Shown: one piece after another, positions 18,737 through 24,000 of the stretch
Layout: every line of letters begins with the position of its first letter
Position numbering within the stretch: position 1 is the stretch's first letter
Translations under genes and position numbers: made by a program
Notes under the pieces: generated by a model
Databases searched by the model: none
The model's input: only the letters and a program-made list of their open reading frames with translations
What the model was told of the DNA's origin: nothing
Assembly: GCA_027318585.1 (NCBI GenBank)
Contig: DAHVOW010000001.1
Location: 83,503 to 107,502 of the forward strand
Source of the DNA: Methanobacteriaceae archaeon
Lineage (GTDB): Archaea; Methanobacteriota; Methanobacteria; Methanobacteriales; Methanobacteriaceae
DNA length: 24,000 nt
Direction of reading: 5' to 3'

Positions 18737-19729
18737 ATGGAAGTCCCAGAAATTGTTAACCAGATGCATGAAGAAGGCCTAGAATCCCTCCTGATTTTTC
18801 AACCAGAAAATATAACCTACCTAAGTGGATATTGGCCCACCAGTTCCTCAATTTTGTTACTTAAAGATGATCCAGTGCTCCTGGTACCCAAACTAGACCG
18901 TAAAGAGGCAGAAGAAATTTCAACAATAACAGTTGAGGAATTAAAATCCTTAGATAAACTCAAAAAGGAACTTCCAGCAAACTTGGGAGTGGAGCCCTCC
19001 CTAAACATTGCCACCTACCAGAAGTTAGGGGATGACTTTAAAATTCGGGTGACGGACCTCTTGGAAAGGTCTCGGATTATAAAATCAGACCATGAAATTT
19101 CCAATATCCAGAAGGCCACTGATATAGCCGAAAAATCATTGCTGGAGCTGGAAATAAGAGGTGCCGAAGAGGAAGTTGCAGCCCAGCTAGAATATATAAT
19201 GAGGATTAATGGTTCCAGTAAACCAGCTTTTGACACTATTATGGCGTCTGGATATCGTTCCAGTTTTCCCCACGCGTCCACCTCCTCAGAAAATATTGAA
19301 AGCCCCCTGGTAATTGATTGGGGAGCAGTCCATAATCATTATGCATCAGACACCAGCCGTACCCTGATCCAGACTGAACGAGAGGAGGAAATTTTTGACA
19401 TAGTTCTTGAAGCCCAGACTAAGGCCATAAAAACTATTAAACCCGGAGTTAAGGCTTCTTATATCGATAAAGTGGCCCGAGATATTATTACTGAATATGG
19501 CTACGGTGAAAGTTTCCTTCATTCTACCGGGCACGGTGTGGGTCTGGAGGTTCATGAAATGCCTTCACTATCATCCAGAGAGGATAAAAAATTAGAGGCC
19601 GGTATGGTGATCACCGTGGAACCGGGTATATATCTGGAGGGAGAATTTGGAGTTCGAGTGGAAGACATGGTTCTGGTAGAAAAAAGATCCCGGGTCTTGA
19701 ATAATATGGATTCAAGACTGAGTTTCTAG
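18737..19729 (+). CDS. M24B-family Xaa-Pro aminopeptidase/dipeptidase
   Basis: 330 aa. 'HSTGHGVGLEVHEMP' and 'GMVITVEPGIYLEG..GVRVED' are the M24 metal-ligand blocks. GGAAGG RBS. Confidence 0.88.
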   Translation: MEVPEIVNQMHEEGLESLLIFQPENITYLSGYWPTSSSILLLKDDPVLLVPKLDRKEAEEISTITVEELKSLDKLKKELPANLGVEPSLNIATYQKLGDDFKIRVTDLLERSRIIKSDHEISNIQKATDIAEKSLLELEIRGAEEEVAAQLEYIMRINGSSKPAFDTIMASGYRSSFPHASTSSENIESPLVIDWGAVHNHYASDTSRTLIQTEREEEIFDIVLEAQTKAIKTIKPGVKASYIDKVARDIITEYGYGESFLHSTGHGVGLEVHEMPSLSSREDKKLEAGMVITVEPGIYLEGEFGVRVEDMVLVEKRSRVLNNMDSRLSF

Positions 19730-19843
19730 GCAGTGCCTAACATACGACAATTGTCTAGTGAAGAAAGAATCCATAAACCGTGACTTACTTATAATAATAT
19801 AATATATAATAAGCTAACATAATTAATGAGTAGGTGAAAAAAA

Positions 19844-20779
19844 ATGGCCTTGATACCCCCCCCATTAGCACCAGTATCTGAGACCATGGACCAAATATTT
19901 CCAGATAGGTATTTAGTAAGACTTCAGGAGACTCTTATACGGGCCGGATTGTACGTTAAAGCCTCTGATCTTATAACTTTACTTGTTCTCGTTGGTGTCG
20001 GATTAGCAGTCGTTGCATTTGTGTTGTTTTCAATTTTTGGGATAAATCCTATTTTCGGAGTTCTTTTAGGAATATTTGCTCCAGCCATCATCGTAGGTGT
20101 ATGGTTGTTCTTTTTAATGGAAAGGCGAGTAGATGCCATTGAAAATGGAACTCCCGATTTTTTGAGGCAGATCGCGTCACTTTTACGCGCCGGTGTAGGG
20201 ATCGAAACTGCTTTAGAAGATATATCTAAACATGGTAAAGGACCACTCTACGATGAACTTAAAAGGACAGTAATTGAGATAAAAATTGGAAGCACCTTTG
20301 ATGAATCCCTTCTAGCCATGGGGGAGCGCCTCAAATCCAAAAATCTTGACCGGACATTTCGTATGATATTGGAAGGAAGAAGGGTGGGTGGAAGTCTTGC
20401 CGATGTTATCGAAACTGTGGCCGAAGACCTGAGAGCAGTTTTGTCACTTCAAAGGGAGCGACGGGCAAACGTCATGATGTCCGTAATGTTTTTAGTTATA
20501 GCCGCCATCATAGCCGCTCCTTTCGCACTGGGAATGATTATGACCTACTCCTCCTTTATTGAGGTCATTGGAAAACCCAATACACTACAGGATGCAGCGA
20601 TGATGTCCGCCACCGGTTATATAATCATACACTCCATCATAGCCAGTTTATTAATTGGTATTGTCATGTATGGAAGTGCCCGTAAGGGAGTGAAGTACGC
20701 ACTTCTACTGGTGCCGGCAGCCTATGCCATATTTTATGTTATAACGCTTTTAGGACCAGGATTATTAGGATTTTCTTAA
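19844..20779 (+). CDS. Second half-size T2SSF-domain pilus platform protein (TadB/EpdJ/K-like)
   Basis: 311 aa. '[58 protein letters not shown]...[22 protein letters not shown]' is flanked by TM segments. GGTG RBS. Confidence 0.85.
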   Translation: MALIPPPLAPVSETMDQIFPDRYLVRLQETLIRAGLYVKASDLITLLVLVGVGLAVVAFVLFSIFGINPIFGVLLGIFAPAIIVGVWLFFLMERRVDAIENGTPDFLRQIASLLRAGVGIETALEDISKHGKGPLYDELKRTVIEIKIGSTFDESLLAMGERLKSKNLDRTFRMILEGRRVGGSLADVIETVAEDLRAVLSLQRERRANVMMSVMFLVIAAIIAAPFALGMIMTYSSFIEVIGKPNTLQDAAMMSATGYIIIHSIIASLLIGIVMYGSARKGVKYALLLVPAAYAIFYVITLLGPGLLGFS

Positions 20780-20793
20780 AGGGGGTTTTATCT

Positions 20794-20994
20794 ATTAGAA
20801 TTGTAAATGACGAATCAGGGCAAACTGGAGCAGAAATGATCCTCATTATCGGAGGCATAATTGTTATTGCCATTATAGCGGCCATTGTGTACCGGAATTA
20901 CTTGCAGGGTCTGGGTGATGAAATTAACAAGACTGAAGTGCAGAATGTGAACAACAACATTCAAGATCTCGGTAACACCATTAGCGGTACCTAA
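20794..20994 (+). CDS. Small class III signal-peptide (archaeal type IV pilin-like) protein
   Basis: Absent from the ORF track. The frame is open from 20686 to TAA 20992-20994. My translation is (I)RIVNDESGQTGAEMILIIGGIIVIAIIAAIVYRNYLQGLGDEINKTEVQNVNNNIQDLGNTISGT. 'GQTGAEMIL' fits the QxSxExxxL class III signal motif. GGGGGT (20781-20786) lies 7 nt before ATT 20794. There is no in-frame ATG/GTG/TTG upstream of the motif, so the start codon is unresolved. Confidence 0.7.
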   Translation: MRIVNDESGQTGAEMILIIGGIIVIAIIAAIVYRNYLQGLGDEINKTEVQNVNNNIQDLGNTISGT

Positions 20995-21091
20995 ACTTTA
21001 GATTTCCCGTGTTAAATTTTATAATAGAAATTGCTTTTTTATTTTAAATTTTCTTTTTATCCATCCTAAAAGATCTGATGGAGGTTTACGC

Positions 21092-22498
21092 ATGAAAATG
21101 TTGATTAATGGGGAATTAAAGGATAAAAATGCTAAAATAAAAGTTATTAATCCTTTCAACAATGAAGTAGTTGATAAAGTTCCCCTGGGAGATGTGGAAG
21201 ACGTTACAGAGGCCATTTCGGCGGCTAACCAGGCCCGTAAAATAATGAGCAAGATGTCTTCTCGAAAGCTTTCCCGTATCCTGATTGATGTTCAAGAAGA
21301 GCTCAAGGAAAATTCAGAGGAGATGGCCCGTCTGATAACCCTGGAGACCGGGAAGACTATAAGGGACTCACGTGTGGAAATGCAACGCTCATTGGAGACA
21401 CTACAATTATCCGCAGAGGAGTGTAAACGTGTATACGGTGAAACCATCCCCATGGATGCGGCTATTACTGGAAAAAGTGTTTTTGGTTTTACTGTGAAAA
21501 TCCCCTTAGGAGTGGTGGCTGCCATTACACCCTTTAATTATCCAGTTAATCTGGCCATTCATAAATTAGCACCGGCCTTAGCTGCCAAGAACACCGTAGT
21601 ATTTAAACCATCCCTCACCGCCCCCCTGGCTGCCATGAAACTGGCCCAGATCATGGCCCATCATCTTCCAAGAGGAGCGGTTAACTGTGTTACTGGCCTG
21701 AGCAGTGACATAGGGGATAAACTGGTTACCAGTCCGGTTATAAGTAAAATATCCTTCACTGGAAGCGTTCCCACTGGATTGTCCATAGCAGAGAAAGCTG
21801 GTTTGAAAAGGCTTACCCTGGAACTGGGTGGTAACGATCCCCTGGTGGTCTTAGACGACGCTGATATTGATGCTGCTGTCACCGCCGCTGCGGCCGGGTC
21901 CTATCTTAACGCTGGGCAGGTATGCATTGCCGTTAAGAGAATAATTGTGCAGGAAAATGTGGCAGATGATTTTGTGGCGGAATTAGTTCGTTTGACTAAA
22001 AAAATCAAATTAGGAGACCCTCTGGATCCTGAAACAAATATGGGGCCACTCATTGATGAACAAGCGGCCATAATCGTGCAGAATAAAGTGGAAGATGCCA
22101 TCAAAGAGGGCGCCCAGCTCCTGTGTGGTGGCGCAAGAAATAAGGCATTCTACCAGCCCACCGTCCTGGACGAAGTGCAACCGGATATGGAGGTGGTTCG
22201 GGATGAAACTTTCGGACCAGTTTCGCCCATTATAAGAGTCAGGACTGAAAAAGAAGCATATAAAATGGCCAATTACACGAAATATGGGCTGCAAGCCGGG
22301 GTTTTTACTCAAGATATAAACCGGGCCAAACGGGCGGTGAAGAATATAGAAGCAGGATCAGTTCTGGTAAATAAGCAACCAACTTTCAGGACAGATAACA
22401 TGCCATTTGGTGGTTTTAAAATGAGCGGTGTGGGTAAAGAAGGTGTTAAATATGCACTTGAAGATATGACCCGTACCAAGATGGTGATCATTGGCTAA
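21092..22498 (+). CDS. NAD(P)-dependent aldehyde dehydrogenase, candidate lactaldehyde dehydrogenase of F420 biosynthesis (CofA-like)
   Basis: 468 aa. 'LELGGNDP' (catalytic Glu block), '[11 protein letters not shown]' (catalytic Cys) and 'FTGSVPTG' (NAD-binding). Size and N-terminus resemble the remembered M. jannaschii lactaldehyde dehydrogenase. Substrate is not determinable here. GGAGGT RBS. Confidence 0.85.
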   Translation: MKMLINGELKDKNAKIKVINPFNNEVVDKVPLGDVEDVTEAISAANQARKIMSKMSSRKLSRILIDVQEELKENSEEMARLITLETGKTIRDSRVEMQRSLETLQLSAEECKRVYGETIPMDAAITGKSVFGFTVKIPLGVVAAITPFNYPVNLAIHKLAPALAAKNTVVFKPSLTAPLAAMKLAQIMAHHLPRGAVNCVTGLSSDIGDKLVTSPVISKISFTGSVPTGLSIAEKAGLKRLTLELGGNDPLVVLDDADIDAAVTAAAAGSYLNAGQVCIAVKRIIVQENVADDFVAELVRLTKKIKLGDPLDPETNMGPLIDEQAAIIVQNKVEDAIKEGAQLLCGGARNKAFYQPTVLDEVQPDMEVVRDETFGPVSPIIRVRTEKEAYKMANYTKYGLQAGVFTQDINRAKRAVKNIEAGSVLVNKQPTFRTDNMPFGGFKMSGVGKEGVKYALEDMTRTKMVIIG

Positions 22499-22528
22499 TC
22501 TTAGTCAAACTCAAAAAAAGGTGATTTT

Positions 22529-22753
22529 ATGTATACCAACGGTCAGCTCAGGATATTACAAGGAGAAATTACTGAGAAAGACATCCAGGCCATGCCCAGA
22601 TTGATGGAAGGATTCAAAGTGGGTGATAGCGTGGCCATTATCCATGATGATGATTTAAGAGACTTGCTGGATGATTATTATGAACTGATAATTAGTTACA
22701 AAGAACTGGTGGAAGAACTTACCGCTATAAAAAGATCCATAGGTCTGTTATAG
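22529..22753 (+). CDS. Hypothetical small acidic protein (74 aa)
   Basis: The ORF has a good GGTGAT RBS 4 nt upstream of the ATG and lies 30 nt after the ALDH stop. The C-terminal half is predicted helical (my reading). I recognise no family. Confidence 0.5.
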   Translation: MYTNGQLRILQGEITEKDIQAMPRLMEGFKVGDSVAIIHDDDLRDLLDDYYELIISYKELVEELTAIKRSIGLL

Positions 22754-22834
22754 ACTATTAAAAGAGGACCTTTTAAGGTCGTAGTCTTCTATAGAATCAT
22801 ATTTTTATATTTGAAATCTACACAGATTTTATTC

Positions 22835-23557
22835 TCATTTTAAAAATGCTTCCACCAGGTTACGGGCCTCATTAAGAGATTCTAATGGTATTCCATGGGG
22901 TATATCACCTAAATCACCAACAACACCTTTTAAAACGCCTTCTCCAGCCCCCAGGAACATTCCTTCACTGGTAACGCCTAAGAAATTTTCAGGAGGTAAA
23001 ATGGCCACAGCCACTTTATCACCATCTTTAAGGGTTAAATCATTGGTAACTACAGTAATTGCACGTTTACCTAAGTTTAAGTTGCATATTAAAAGTTTTT
23101 CAGCAGCAGGATGTTTGGCTACACTTAGTATTTCCCCTTTTTTAATGTCAATTCCCATTACCGGGTCCTTAATCTCTCCTAAAAGAATCCTGTTCCTTAG
23201 ACCATTGATGGTGTTGATGAAAAACTTTATCTTGGCCAAGACTTCCTCCAATTTCTCCCTTTCAGCACGATCTGCCATCTGCAGGAACTGACGGTTCCAG
23301 AACTCGCCGCCCAAGGCCTCCACTACTTCCTGGCAGAGGTTTTCCAAGGAGGTTAGTTGATCACTTTGGGCCATTTCAGCTGGTGAAAGGTAAGAATAAT
23401 ATAGTGACTGGACTTCAGGAACCATCTTATGGGCAGCTTCTAAGGCTTGTTTTTTACTCCATCTTCCTTTGAGGTTGGCCCGGTCCACGGTTCTGATAAA
23501 CAGTTCAACTGACTTTTCAGTCACTTTAAGTCGATAATCGTTGCTGGTATCCCACAT
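22835..23557 (-). CDS. Protein with a C-terminal tRNA-binding (Trbp111/CsaA/EMAPII-like OB-fold) domain
   Basis: The track ORF extends to TTG 23590; ATG 23557 follows GGTGA with a 4-nt spacer. The C-terminus '[32 protein letters not shown]...[27 protein letters not shown]' shows the tRNA_bind pattern. Confidence 0.75.
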   Translation of the reverse strand: MWDTSNDYRLKVTEKSVELFIRTVDRANLKGRWSKKQALEAAHKMVPEVQSLYYSYLSPAEMAQSDQLTSLENLCQEVVEALGGEFWNRQFLQMADRAEREKLEEVLAKIKFFINTINGLRNRILLGEIKDPVMGIDIKKGEILSVAKHPAAEKLLICNLNLGKRAITVVTNDLTLKDGDKVAVAILPPENFLGVTSEGMFLGAGEGVLKGVVGDLGDIPHGIPLESLNEARNLVEAFLK

Positions 23558-23814
23558 GGTGTCACCGTATGATATTGTGGATATTATCAAGTAAATGAAT
23601 TTAGTTTTTAATAATTTGATAATTTAAATCTATTATAATATCATATTCTACATTTTTTTGTTTTTTAATCATAAAATTAAGTTAACGGTGTCTATTTTTC
23701 GAAATATTTAAGTAGGGTGAGGTTTTTAAATTTATTTAGTTTAAGGTAACATCCTGGAGCATTCCATAATAGGATATGCCCAGGAAAATGATAAAAAAAG
23801 GCAGTTGGTTTAAG

Positions 23815-24000
23815 ATGGTGGAGTTAACAAATCTATACAACTTGGATGTGTACACCACCCGCGGTAAATACGTGGGACGGATTCAGGACGTCGTGTTGAA
23901 TATTAAAAAAGGTAGAGTTTCAACACTGAAGGCGGTTGCCGTGAATCATGACAAAAAAAGTGTGGGTATTAAGGACGTTATTACCAAGAGTATACGTATA
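23815..24000 (+). CDS. PRC-barrel domain protein; 5' part only, runs off the window
   Basis: The frame is open to the window end. 'MVELTNLYNLDVYTTRGKYVGRIQDVVLNIKKGRVSTLKAV' shows the typical archaeal PRC-barrel pattern (vYt..G..vG.v.Dvvl). Alternative in-frame ATGs lie at 23776 and 23788. Confidence 0.6.
   Translation, partial: MVELTNLYNLDVYTTRGKYVGRIQDVVLNIKKGRVSTLKAVAVNHDKKSVGIKDVITKSIRI

Noticed and set aside
20807-20839. ATG-initiated 10-codon ORF (MTNQGKLEQK) overlapping the pilin leader in another frame.
   Set aside because: It is too short and featureless. I mention it only as the possible upstream half of a frameshifted pilin start (see finding).
21019-21252. 77-aa minus-strand ORF overlapping the ALDH start.
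   Set aside because: It is antisense to the well-supported ALDH N-terminus and its RBS region, and matches no family.
22766-22780. GGACC-TTTTAA-GGTC palindrome between the convergent 74-aa ORF and the tRNA-binding gene, a possible terminator.
   Set aside because: Only about 5 bp of stem is usable and the loop is very small. It is too weak to call.

Overview
This window reads as core chromosome of a methanogenic euryarchaeon, probably Methanobacteriales-like. The taxon call is an inference from protein content. It rests on cdh-type CODH/ACS, the YcaO 'methanogenesis marker 1', aEF-1beta, Pth2, a class III signal-peptide pilin, TTTATATA-type TATA boxes in AT-rich spacers, and GGTGAT/GGAGG ribosome-binding sites.

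Left third (minus strand): the CODH/ACS operon cdhA-cdhB-cdhC-cooC-cdhD, with cdhD cut by the window edge. It is divergently paired, across a 295-bp spacer, with a CbiM/NikM, PDGLE (NikN-like) and CbiQ ECF metal-uptake module that has no ATPase gene in cis.

Middle: an archaeal Tad/Epd-like type IV pilus ATPase plus a half-size platform protein; a Cys-rich Trm1-like methyltransferase; a TctA-type permease; a translation cluster (pth2, amino-acid-kinase-fold protein, 53-aa Zn-ribbon, aEF-1beta); a secreted lipoprotein-like protein; and an S2P-like protease followed by YcaO.

Right third: a HIT protein, an M24 peptidase, a second half-size pilus platform protein followed by a small pilin ORF absent from the ORF track, an aldehyde dehydrogenase, a 74-aa orphan, a tRNA-binding-domain protein and a partial PRC-barrel gene.

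I found no CRISPR array, IS element, tRNA/rRNA gene or obvious defence island.

The most interesting non-genic signal is four copies of the palindrome AGTA(A/T)TACT, plus two further inverted repeats, confined to the cdhA/nikM divergent control region. This suggests an undescribed shared operator coupling a nickel enzyme operon to nickel uptake. Other points worth a second look are the split pilus locus, the pilin with no canonical start codon, ycaO without tfuA, and the ATPase-less ECF module. All functional calls rest on motif recognition and remembered family features; no database search was possible.
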